The notes under the pieces are model-generated. The model was given only the letters and a program-made list of their open reading frames with translations. It did not search any database and was not told the DNA's origin. Below, one piece after another: positions 1 through 10,900 of a DNA stretch of 64,000 nucleotides; the first letter of the stretch is position 1; the number at the start of each line of letters is the position of its first letter. Source of the stretch: Nitrospirota bacterium (GTDB lineage Bacteria; Nitrospirota; Nitrospiria; SBBL01; JAADHI01); NCBI GenBank assembly GCA_029261215.1, contig JAJDBT010000096.1:2366-66365 (forward strand). Reading direction: 5' to 3'. The position numbers were made by a program, and so were the translations under genes.

Positions 1-95
1 GCGAGAATATTTATATGATTTATTGAGTGCAATGATCGGAGGATTGTATCGTTGCACTTGTGCCCCGGCCCACCTCAGGTCAAGCTAAATACGTC

Positions 96-1292
96 TCAAC
101 GATTTAAAACCCTCAACATTTTGGAAACAAAAGGAAACGCAGCAGGACGCAATAAAAAATCAAGCACTGGCCAAACAAAAGGCGGCCCCTGTTTTAAATC
201 ACTATACTCTCCTTCTCCTCGAAGAATTTTACAAATCAAGGGCCAACGCGCCTCATCATGATGTAGTCGTTCCGCAATTTTTAGTGGCAGCAAATGAATC
301 AGCATAAAAAGCTGCAAGGACATATCCATCTCTGCCAAAACCGTCTCTGCCATTTCCCGCTGATAACCTGCCAGATTCACCTCCTCGCCTGAAATAAAAT
401 TCGACAAATGTTTTGCCGCAATTTGACCACTCCGGATGGCATTGTAAATGCCTTCTCCACTGTAAGGATCAACGAGGCCGGCGGCATCTCCCACCAGTAA
501 AACACGCCCATTGGCCAATGGTGAGCAAGGCTGACGGATCGGAAGCGAAAATCCTTTTAAATCGACAAGATCCGCCAGCCGCCATCCTTCTGCACGCATC
601 AAAATATCCAGTTTGTTTTTTAGACGACCCATCCCTAAGGAGAGCCCGCCTACACCAATATTCAGATGGTCTTTCTTTGGAAAAATCCAACCGTATCCGC
701 CCGGAATATCGCCGGTATCAAGACCAAAACAATCTTCCCATTGCTGAGGAAAACCGCCCTTGGGTTTTAAATTACCCTCTAACGCGACCCCTCGCCATCT
801 CGGCGTCGGAATCCCCGCAAGGCGGGCAGTCACGCCCGTCGCTCCGTCTGCCGCAACCACTGTTTTTCCTCGAAATGTTTCATGCCCCGCTCGAACAATC
901 ACGTGGGTTTTTTGTCCACTGCTCTTTAAGTCAAGCTGCTCAATTTTTATCCCTTCACGCACTGTTACGCCACTCTTTTTTGCCTGTTCCAGGAGAAAGT
1001 GATCCAGGTAACGCCGTTGCGTAAAATGGATTAAAGGGTCTTGTGCAGATTGAGTCAGTCGAGGTTTTCGACAGGTGCTAAATCGGATGGCATGTGTTGT
1101 CCGTTCGATGACCGGGCCAAGATCAAAAGGCAATAAAACCGCAGCCCGGATCGATACTGCCCCGCCACAGGGTTTATCCCGTGGGAAAAGGGCCTTATCA
1201 ATCAAGAGGACAGACAGGCCGCGTGCGGCGCATTCCCGGCCCGTCGTGCTACCTGCCGGACCGCCCCCCACGATAATCACATCATATTGCAT
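96..1292 (-). CDS. Geranylgeranyl reductase family FAD-dependent oxidoreductase
   Basis: With ATG 1292 as start the N-terminus is MQYDVIIVGGGPAGS, a Rossmann FAD motif. DKPCGG and LVGDAAGLVDPYSGEGI motifs also fit the family. The ORF-track start at 1415 adds 41 residues that overlap the divergent ligA leader. Confidence 0.8.
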   Translation of the reverse strand: MQYDVIIVGGGPAGSTTGRECAARGLSVLLIDKALFPRDKPCGGAVSIRAAVLLPFDLGPVIERTTHAIRFSTCRKPRLTQSAQDPLIHFTQRRYLDHFLLEQAKKSGVTVREGIKIEQLDLKSSGQKTHVIVRAGHETFRGKTVVAADGATGVTARLAGIPTPRWRGVALEGNLKPKGGFPQQWEDCFGLDTGDIPGGYGWIFPKKDHLNIGVGGLSLGMGRLKNKLDILMRAEGWRLADLVDLKGFSLPIRQPCSPLANGRVLLVGDAAGLVDPYSGEGIYNAIRSGQIAAKHLSNFISGEEVNLAGYQREMAETVLAEMDMSLQLFMLIHLLPLKIAERLHHDEARWPLICKILRGEGEYSDLKQGPPFVWPVLDFLLRPAAFPFVSKMLRVLNR

Positions 1293-1340
1293 CAGATCAC
1301 CACATCGAATTCTTAGAAAAAGGAACCTGCCAAAATGTGA

Positions 1341-3473
<2,133 letters not shown>

Positions 3474-3494
3474 AACATACAACTCTAAACCTCA

Positions 3495-3530
3495 AAGCCC
3501 ACCCTTCACTCAAGGAATGGGCTTTTTATT
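3495..3530 (+). terminator. Putative intrinsic terminator after ligA
   Basis: aaagccca (3495-3502) pairs with tgggcttt (3518-3525), there is an inner cctt/aagg pairing, and T-rich ttatttcc follows. It lies 22 nt after the ligA stop. Confidence 0.45.
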
Positions 3531-3769
3531 TCCTGCTTTTACCTCCCCAATTTATAAAAACGATGCCTCTCAATCAGGCTAAACCAGGGTTTTGCGTTTT
3601 AATCAATTTAATCCCTGGATCATATTCTTTATTGATTCTTAAGCGATCCGATCGCTTTTAAAAAAATATGGTACAGTTATTAACAACTCTTAATTTGAAT
3701 GTTTGCGGCTTCTATTTTCATAAAACGATCTTTTTCTAAAAAAGGTCCTACTTTACTTACGGATTTACA

Positions 3770-4969
3770 ATGAGCCTTAATGGGCGGCTTGAAGATTTAG
3801 ATCTATCTGACATCTTCCAAATACTCAGTTTGAGTAAACGTTCCGGAGTCTTGACCATTATTCGGAGAGATACGACGGGACGTCTTGTTTTCAAAGAAGG
3901 ACTCTTGCTGTACGGCAGTTCAGATGGGGTCAATAAGATTGGGTACAACCTTGTAAAGAAAAAAATGCTCACCAATGATGAACTGGAAAAGGCCCTAGAA
4001 TCACAAAAAACCAGCGAAAAACAAATTCCTCTGGGATCAATATTATTAAAAACGGGCGCGATTTCAAAAGAAGATTTGCAGACAGAGTTAAAAAGCCATC
4101 TGACAGATGTCGTTAAAAATTTTCTGGGTTGGGAAACAGGGTCTTTTCATTTTAACGTTCAGGAAATTGCAGACCAGGACCCTTTATTTGATAAAGGGCT
4201 CAACCTTGATTTTGTACTGATGGAAGCCACGCGCCAACGAGATGAAGACGGACGCGCTCAAATTGAAGAAGAATCTCACCAGGATAACAAGCAAGAAGAA
4301 GACGAGGAAATTCAATTTGGGGATTTCCTGGAAGGGCCTCTTTTAAGTGAAGTTTTAAGCGTGTCATCAACAAACGGGTCGAACGCTCGTTCTGAAAGAA
4401 ATGAAGCGCATCAGGAGACATTGCTGGCGCAAGCGACTTCAACAAAAGGATCCGCTTTATTAACATCCATGATTGAAGAAATTTCCAGACCAGCGACAAC
4501 CGGCGAAATCACCCTCATGGTCATTCGATATGCAGCCGAAATTATGAATCGCGTCGTCATTTTTTTAGCAAAAAAAGACACTATTATCGGATCGGGCCAA
4601 TCCGGTTTTTCATTTAAGGAAGGATCCGCTGATCAAATCATACGTCAACTAAACATTTCACGTTCAAACCCTTCCCTCTTTCAAGAAGTCATCGAAAAAA
4701 GAACCTGTTATCGAGGGGAATTGCCCGATAACGCGCAGCATCAAAACTTCATCGCACATATAGGCGGACAGTGGCCTAAAGAGGTTTTTTTAGCCCCACT
4801 CTTTAAGGGAGAACAATTAAGTGCGTTTTTATACGGCGATAATCTGCCGGAGCAATCCCTGATAGGAGATACAGACGGCCTGGAAGCTTTCCTAAAAGTC
4901 GCAGGTTTCGCATTCGGAAAAGAAGGTGCCGTAAATGGACTTGTAAAAAATAATCAGGCCATGCAATGA
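3770..4969 (+). CDS. PATAN/DUF4388 domain protein with acidic linker and C-terminal GAF-like domain
   Basis: N-terminus GRLEDLDLSDIFQILSLSKRSGVLTI...GRLVFKEGLLLYGSS matches the DUF4388 (PatA N-terminal) signature. An acidic linker (EEESHQDNKQEEDEE) follows. The ~170-aa C-terminal domain is only tentatively GAF-like. Confidence 0.7.
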   Translation: MSLNGRLEDLDLSDIFQILSLSKRSGVLTIIRRDTTGRLVFKEGLLLYGSSDGVNKIGYNLVKKKMLTNDELEKALESQKTSEKQIPLGSILLKTGAISKEDLQTELKSHLTDVVKNFLGWETGSFHFNVQEIADQDPLFDKGLNLDFVLMEATRQRDEDGRAQIEEESHQDNKQEEDEEIQFGDFLEGPLLSEVLSVSSTNGSNARSERNEAHQETLLAQATSTKGSALLTSMIEEISRPATTGEITLMVIRYAAEIMNRVVIFLAKKDTIIGSGQSGFSFKEGSADQIIRQLNISRSNPSLFQEVIEKRTCYRGELPDNAQHQNFIAHIGGQWPKEVFLAPLFKGEQLSAFLYGDNLPEQSLIGDTDGLEAFLKVAGFAFGKEGAVNGLVKNNQAMQ

Positions 4970-5221
4970 AACAAACAACACCTGATTGGAATAAGCAGAT
5001 CGGACAAAAGGATCGCTTTAAAAGCATGAATAAACAGTTTAGAAAAATAGAACAAAGGGAGAGGACGCCTTAAGAATAAAGGCATAAATTGTGATCTAAA
5101 AATGATCAGGTATACTATAAATTGTGGGGAGATGCTCTTTAAGAAGGGTTCATACAACGATAAAAAAAGTTAGCCGAATCACAATGGGCGTCGGTGTGTT
5201 TCAGTTAAGGGAGAAATATTT

Positions 5222-5590
5222 ATGGATAAAAAAAGGATTTTACTTGTGGACGATTCTGAGACAATCCTCTTGTTTGAGAAGTTGATGCTTCAAAATGAAT
5301 ATAAAATTATTACGGCAAAAAATGGGAAATTAGGTCTTGAAACAGCGATTAAGGAAATACCCGACCTGATTGTGATGGACATCATGATGCCCGAGATGAA
5401 CGGGATAGAAGCCTTGCAGGCCATGCGTGCAGCACCCGAAACAAAAAACATTCCCATTATCATGGCGACAACAAAAAGTGAAAAAGAGAGAGTCGAAAGT
5501 TGTTACCAATATGGCTGTAATGACTACATCACCAAGCCGATAGACAAGATGGAATTGTTAACAAAAGTCCAAAAATATATCAACAACTAA
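5222..5590 (+). CDS. Single-domain CheY-like response regulator
   Basis: ILLVDDSE, the phosphoacceptor context DLIVMDIMMPEMNG, and IIMATTKS plus ITKP are all present, so every receiver signature residue is intact. Confidence 0.9.
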   Translation: MDKKRILLVDDSETILLFEKLMLQNEYKIITAKNGKLGLETAIKEIPDLIVMDIMMPEMNGIEALQAMRAAPETKNIPIIMATTKSEKERVESCYQYGCNDYITKPIDKMELLTKVQKYINN

Positions 5591-5636
5591 TGCTTAAACT
5601 TTTCCCGTTTTGTTATAAGTCAGAGAGGACCCTATA

Positions 5637-6443
5637 ATGGAGCACCAAACCGCAGATAAAAGTGATGTCCTGATAAAATTATTTGAAGAGGGAAAGCAGT
5701 TTTCCATGGATCTTCTCAAGGAAAACGAAAAACTTCGGCTCGCATTAGCCAAACTAAAAACAGACTCAAACCTTCTCAAAATGTCCTCCAATGAAGAAAA
5801 GCTCCACCAGGTTGAAAGTGAGAAAAACCAATATAAAGAGGAATTGGATCAACTCCGGAAAACCTTGCTGGAAATTGAGGATGAAAACAGCGAATTCGCA
5901 GAGAACTACATCAAAGTTGAAAACCAGAACCAAAACATGGCCAGCCTTTATGTCGCCAGTTACCGGCTCCACTCAACGCTGGATTTTACTGAAGTCATCG
6001 ATATTATTGAAGAAATTATCATTAACCTCATTGGATCAGAAAAATTTGGCATCTTTTTAAAAGATGAAAGAAGTAACGAGCTCTGTGCCATCGCAGGCGA
6101 AGGCGTAGAATATCGTAAAATTGAACCCATTAAAATTGGCGAAGGCGTCGCGGGTCAGGCTGCTGAAACAGGGGAAAGTTATATTACGGATAAAATCTCA
6201 AATAACCCAAGTGAACCTTTGGCCTGCATTCCACTCAAATTAAAAGATGATCTGATCGGAATGATCGTTGTATATGAACTCCTCCAGCAAAAAGATGGAT
6301 TTGAAGTCGTCGATCAAGAACTCTTTGCGCTACTGGCCGACCATGCAGCCACTGCGATATATAGCTCTCAACTGCATACCCAGTCTGAACGAAAACTCAA
6401 CACATTACAAAACATGCTCGACCTCCTAAGGGTAGATAAATAA
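5637..6443 (+). CDS. Coiled-coil plus GAF domain protein
   Basis: The N-terminal ~100 aa are heptad-like and Glu/Lys/Gln-rich. The C-terminal GAF-like core reads IGSEKFGIFLKDE...GEGVAGQAAETGESYI...ACIPLKLKDDLIGMIVVYEL. Confidence 0.7.
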   Translation: MEHQTADKSDVLIKLFEEGKQFSMDLLKENEKLRLALAKLKTDSNLLKMSSNEEKLHQVESEKNQYKEELDQLRKTLLEIEDENSEFAENYIKVENQNQNMASLYVASYRLHSTLDFTEVIDIIEEIIINLIGSEKFGIFLKDERSNELCAIAGEGVEYRKIEPIKIGEGVAGQAAETGESYITDKISNNPSEPLACIPLKLKDDLIGMIVVYELLQQKDGFEVVDQELFALLADHAATAIYSSQLHTQSERKLNTLQNMLDLLRVDK

Positions 6444-6445
6444 AT

Positions 6446-7648
6446 ATGGAATTTTCTGGAGAAATTGAAGACCTGCCTTTAATCGACCTGCTTCAGTACC
6501 TCTATGCAGGAAAAAAAACCGGCACGCTCATTTTAGGATTCATTGAGCAAAAATGGTATATCTATTTCCAAAATGGGGAGATTGTCTGGGCAAGTTCTCA
6601 ATCAAGCAAACAGATTGAAGAACTGCTGGTCGACTACAAACAAATTGACGTAAAAACACTTCACAAAACAAAAGCCCTTAAAGCTGAACATCAGGAACAA
6701 AGATCCATCTCGCAAATGCTCGTTGAAATGAAACTTCTTTCGGAAGACAGCCTGAAAAAAATCAAACAAGCAGAAATGAAACAACGAATGACTCGGCTCT
6801 CATTAAAGAACCGAGGCGAATTTTCATTTAAAAACAATGAACTCATTAACGAAGGAGAGGTCAAAATTGATCCCCTAGACCTTCTCCAGACGGGCGATGT
6901 GAACACACAACTTCTGCTTGAACAAATTCTTTCTGGATTGAAAGCAGATGAGCAGGAAAAACCTCAAATGCCAGAAAAGCACCCAGACACCCAAAGACAA
7001 AAAGAAACAGAAGAAACAGACAAACCACAAGAAAACCTGAAAGAGACCACCACAAAGCCCTTAGAAGCCGCCCATAGCGCCGAGGGACATCACTCAGGCG
7101 CCACACGTTCTAAAACGCATACAACATCCTCCGATCAACAATCTAAACACCCCAATATCGTGATATTACTAGTAGAAGACGGTATTTTGAAAAACCTTTT
7201 GCGAGAGGCGATTCAGAGTCCCGATATTGTGCTCATCACCCCTAGAACAGTTGAAGAGTGTCTTGAAAAAGTAGAACAAGCCCTCAGACAGGGCATTACT
7301 CCCCTTCTTTTGACAGACGATCGACTACCAGAAGTAAGACGATTTGGGCCGGCACTGGGCGACATTATCCTCAGTAAAAAGAAGAAACACGCGTGGTCCT
7401 GTCCTGTGGTCATTATGACAGAATCAAGTACACCCGAAATGGTCTGGAAATTTTATCAATCAGGAGCACGTGTTGTGCTACCCAAACCGGTCAGGCAAGA
7501 AAAAAAGGACTTTCTCTCAGGGATTACACTCTTTGGAAATGTCATGCGCTCTCTCGTCGCGCAAACCGCATCAGGAGATGCTCAGAACAATCAAGGCGTG
7601 CACGAAGCTCCTCTCAAAGAACAAAGAGTCGCCAATTCATTTAAATAA
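6446..7648 (+). CDS. PatA-like protein: PATAN/DUF4388 N-terminus, charged linker, C-terminal receiver-like domain
   Basis: N-terminus GEIEDLPLIDLLQYLYAGKKTGTLIL...IYFQNGEIVWASS is DUF4388-like. The C-terminus has ILLVED...LLLTDDRLPE...VVIMTESS...LPKP, so Asp, Thr and Lys receiver positions appear retained. It starts 2 nt after the upstream stop. Confidence 0.65.
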   Translation: MEFSGEIEDLPLIDLLQYLYAGKKTGTLILGFIEQKWYIYFQNGEIVWASSQSSKQIEELLVDYKQIDVKTLHKTKALKAEHQEQRSISQMLVEMKLLSEDSLKKIKQAEMKQRMTRLSLKNRGEFSFKNNELINEGEVKIDPLDLLQTGDVNTQLLLEQILSGLKADEQEKPQMPEKHPDTQRQKETEETDKPQENLKETTTKPLEAAHSAEGHHSGATRSKTHTTSSDQQSKHPNIVILLVEDGILKNLLREAIQSPDIVLITPRTVEECLEKVEQALRQGITPLLLTDDRLPEVRRFGPALGDIILSKKKKHAWSCPVVIMTESSTPEMVWKFYQSGARVVLPKPVRQEKKDFLSGITLFGNVMRSLVAQTASGDAQNNQGVHEAPLKEQRVANSFK

Positions 7649-7719
7649 AAAAACCATCACATTTTTGATATCCCCTTCTCTCGTTCTCTTTTGAAAAACA
7701 ATGACTGCCTGATATTGTT

Positions 7720-9222
7720 TTAGAGCGCTTCGAGTTGCTTGAGTTTTTTAAGGCACGTCTGGGAGAGGAGATCTGGGGGAAATTTCTCAGAAAAATCAGT
7801 GGGACCTTCAGGAAGATGTTCTAACAACTTGAGGGTGTTTTGGTAGGTTTTTCGTGCCAATGCAATCTGGTTCATCTGTCGATACACTTCACCCAGATAA
7901 AAGGTCGCAAGAATATTGCCAGAGTTGACATACAGTGTTCTTTGGAACATTTTAAGAGCACCTTCACAATCCCCGGTTCTATTTTTTAAAATCCCCATCA
8001 GGTAGTAGGCATCTTCTAAAAGACTGTCTTTTTCGAGGATTGTCTTGAGCATGGACATCGCTTCTTCATATTTACCCTGATTTGACAAAATGCGTGCATG
8101 CGCCACTTTGGCTTGATCAAAATATGGACTTTCGGACTTAAATTGAATCAGGATTGAGATCGCTGCTTCATATTTTTTAAATTGAGACAATTCCAGAGCC
8201 TGAGCAAAAGCCAGTCGATCCTCTTCCAGTACTATAGGGGAGCCTTGAGACATTTTTCGAATTCTTTGAGTGCTCATCAATGAATGACCGTTCCCTGATT
8301 TTTGAGCAGCGGGATCAGATGCCGGTTTTTCTGAAAGAGACATCCTATCGGAAGGCAGAACAAGGCCTCCTCCCTTGCGATAAAGAAATGTATCTGAAAA
8401 CTCGAGGGTCTGAAACAAATCTGAAATCTTCCACAATGTCTCTGAATGTCCTAAAAACAGATATCCACCCTCTTTTAAAGAACGATAATATTCATTCATA
8501 ATTCTCTGCGTGGTTTCTTGATTAAAATATATCGTCACATTTTTACAAAAGATGATATCCAGGTATTTCATTTGAGAGTGGTTAAAGGAGTCTACCGCGA
8601 GATTGTGTCGCTCGACCTTGACCATTTTCCTCATTTGATCAGATATTTCAACCTCATTTCCCCGTTCCTTAAAATATTTAATGCGATAATGTTCCGGGAT
8701 GGATTGCATAAATTTCTTATGATAAATACCCCGTTTCACGGATTCCAGCGCTCTACGGCTGATATCTGTCGCAAGAAGTGAAATATTCCATGACTTGAAT
8801 TCAGGAAGTAATTCAGACAAAAAAATGGCAATGGAGTAGATTTCCTGACCTGTTGAACAACCTGCTGACCAGACTCGAATCGATTTTCCTTCAGTCTGTT
8901 GCTTTTGTATGATTTCCGGAATCACCAGGCTTTTCAGGACATCAAACTGCGGTTTATTTCTAAAAAAAGAGGTTTCCTGAATGGTGAGTTCATCAATCAG
9001 ATCTTGTATTTCATGCGGTGCTTCCGGGTGATGTTTCAGAAAATGATAATAGGCCCCAAAGGAGTCTATTTCCCGATGTGTCATTCGCTCCACAAGGCCG
9101 GAGACAACCTGGTGTTTCCTTCTTTTTTCGTAATAAAGACCTGTATGATCAAGAAGCAGTTTTTGAAAGAGGATAAAGTCAGTGTCGGACATCTGACTTT
9201 TTTCATGATCTATGTAAGGCAT
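7720..9222 (-). CDS. cheR: CheR-type chemotaxis methyltransferase with C-terminal TPR repeats (FrzF-like architecture)
   Basis: TSFFRN, the SAM-binding IRVWSAGCSTGQEIYSIA and IIFCKNVTIYF motifs mark the CheR domain. About 170 aa of TPR-like repeats follow (YEEAMSMLKTILEKD..., ALKMFQRTLYVN...). Confidence 0.9.
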   Translation of the reverse strand: MPYIDHEKSQMSDTDFILFQKLLLDHTGLYYEKRRKHQVVSGLVERMTHREIDSFGAYYHFLKHHPEAPHEIQDLIDELTIQETSFFRNKPQFDVLKSLVIPEIIQKQQTEGKSIRVWSAGCSTGQEIYSIAIFLSELLPEFKSWNISLLATDISRRALESVKRGIYHKKFMQSIPEHYRIKYFKERGNEVEISDQMRKMVKVERHNLAVDSFNHSQMKYLDIIFCKNVTIYFNQETTQRIMNEYYRSLKEGGYLFLGHSETLWKISDLFQTLEFSDTFLYRKGGGLVLPSDRMSLSEKPASDPAAQKSGNGHSLMSTQRIRKMSQGSPIVLEEDRLAFAQALELSQFKKYEAAISILIQFKSESPYFDQAKVAHARILSNQGKYEEAMSMLKTILEKDSLLEDAYYLMGILKNRTGDCEGALKMFQRTLYVNSGNILATFYLGEVYRQMNQIALARKTYQNTLKLLEHLPEGPTDFSEKFPPDLLSQTCLKKLKQLEAL

Positions 9223-9255
9223 CTAATCTCTACAGTTTTTCATGAGGTCGCTTCA

Positions 9256-9780
9256 TTAAGGTGTCTGAATTGTGTCAGGCGCCTTCGATTGTTTTTTTTC
9301 ATCCAAGGGTTTAAAAAGATCCGTTTCATTTGATGTAAACACAGTGTCCAGATTAAGGAGAAATACAACACGCTTATCCCATTGCAGCACACCAGAAATA
9401 CAACGCTGCGGCACCTGAGTGGTAACAATCGCCGGTGTTGATTGAAGCAGTTCAGTAGAAAACTTCTTTACACCAAATACGCCATCCACGATCATCCCCA
9501 CAATCATGCGCTTCACACAAACCACCATGATTTTTTCTTTGTTGCTTCGTTCACAACTCGGCAGTCGGAAACGTTTTTTAGGGTCCATCACAGCCACCAC
9601 ATGACCCCGAATATCAATCACCCCTTCAATAAAATCCGGAGATTGGGGCATAGGGGAAATTTTTGTTAATCTCATGATTTCTCGTGCAGCCTGGACATCT
9701 ATAGCGTAGAGCTCGCCTGCAAGCTCAAAAACAACGACTGCGATCGTCTTATTGTTAACTAAAACCGCTTCCTCTAACAC
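9256..9780 (-). CDS. cheW: CheW coupling protein
   Basis: A single CheW-like domain (VVFELAGELYAIDVQAAREI...GVIDIRGHVVAVMD). It overlaps the cheB stop by 7 nt. Confidence 0.9.
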   Translation of the reverse strand: MLEEAVLVNNKTIAVVVFELAGELYAIDVQAAREIMRLTKISPMPQSPDFIEGVIDIRGHVVAVMDPKKRFRLPSCERSNKEKIMVVCVKRMIVGMIVDGVFGVKKFSTELLQSTPAIVTTQVPQRCISGVLQWDKRVVFLLNLDTVFTSNETDLFKPLDEKKQSKAPDTIQTP

Positions 9781-10853
9781 GAACCACCTCTTTTGAGAAG
9801 ACGTAGAATTTCAGATGAAATAGATTCTAAAGGGAGCACTCGATCAATCCGTGAAGTTTCAATTGCGGCTTTTGGCATACCAAAAATAGCCGAAGTCTCT
9901 TCGTCCTGGGCAATGGTTTTCCCCCCAGTCGTCTTAACATGCTCTATCCCAATCGCGCCATCTCTCCCCATTCCTGTCAAAATAATACCGATACAACCCT
10001 TGCCATAGTGTCTTGCTGCAGATTCCAATAAATAATCGCCACAAGGTCTCAGGCCATTTCGGGGCGGATCATCCATTAAATCGATCGTGTGGTTTTTAGA
10101 AACCTGCATGTGCGACCCTGTCGGCGCGATATAAGCGACTCCGGGAAGAATACTCTCCCCTTGCACCCCGGCTTTCACCTGGATTTCACAACTCGCTTGA
10201 AGCCAATTGACAAAATTATTCACAAAGCCCTGGGCAAGATGAATAACAATTACAATGCCGCAGGGGAATGATTTCGGTAAAGTACTTAGAATTTTACTAA
10301 TGGCTTTTGGGGAACCTGTCGATCCCACGAAGGCCACCAAACGCTCTGGATCTTCTTGAATCTTGACCCGCTCTAGACACTCAGACCGGCCCGATTCTGT
10401 TTTCTGAGAAAGTCTTGCCAAAGGGTGAGTAATGACCTTGACATTGGCAAGAAATTTCACCTTTTTTAGAAGCTCATCCGGGCCTGAAACACCGTTTCTC
10501 GATAAAAGGTCATCTTTGCTAAACACATCAAGCGCACCGTAGGAAATCGCTTTAAAAACCTTATCGCTTTGACTTGTAAAAGCAGAACTGCTGATCACGA
10601 GAATCGGCGTCGGTTGTCTTGCCATGAGTTGTTTTGTGACTTCAAGGCCATCCATCAAAGGGAGGTAAACATCCATCGTGATCAGATCCGGCTTTAAGCG
10701 TTGCGCAAGAGTGACCGCTTCCTCGCCATCTTTCGCAATACCGATCACGGTAATCGCCGGATCAGCCTCCAGAATTTTCTTGAGGGTAAGGGATGTGGTC
10801 GTCGAATCCTCAACAATCAAGACACGAATGTTTTTTTGTACTCTCCTGATCAT
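9774..10853 (-). CDS. cheB: CheB methylesterase with N-terminal receiver
   Basis: Receiver motifs VLIVEDS...DLITMDVYLPLMDG are followed by methylesterase motifs (GSTGSPKA, ILTGMGRDGA, AQDEETSAIFGMP). Confidence 0.9.
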   Translation of the reverse strand: MIRRVQKNIRVLIVEDSTTTSLTLKKILEADPAITVIGIAKDGEEAVTLAQRLKPDLITMDVYLPLMDGLEVTKQLMARQPTPILVISSSAFTSQSDKVFKAISYGALDVFSKDDLLSRNGVSGPDELLKKVKFLANVKVITHPLARLSQKTESGRSECLERVKIQEDPERLVAFVGSTGSPKAISKILSTLPKSFPCGIVIVIHLAQGFVNNFVNWLQASCEIQVKAGVQGESILPGVAYIAPTGSHMQVSKNHTIDLMDDPPRNGLRPCGDYLLESAARHYGKGCIGIILTGMGRDGAIGIEHVKTTGGKTIAQDEETSAIFGMPKAAIETSRIDRVLPLESISSEILRLLKRGGSC

Positions 10854-10900
10854 CTACACATCCTTGAAATACAATGTCTTTTAAAGGAACACACAGATCA

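Noticed and set aside
27-57. Imperfect hairpin gtgcaatgat-N11-atcgttgcac downstream of the geranylgeranyl reductase gene, as a possible terminator.
   Set aside because: The stem has one wobble pair, the loop is 11 nt, and there is no clear U-tract on the minus strand. It is also too close to the window edge to judge context.
413-1024. A 203-aa plus-strand ORF, and many similar long track ORFs (for example 2292..2687-, 8899..9333+, 21205..21621+, 22461..22850+, 28961..29467-, 36578..37111-, 43141..43593+, 44674..45105+).
   Set aside because: They lie entirely antisense to, or out of frame within, genes with strong family signatures. Their translations are low-complexity or Arg/Ser/Pro-rich with no motifs. 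They are shadow ORFs.
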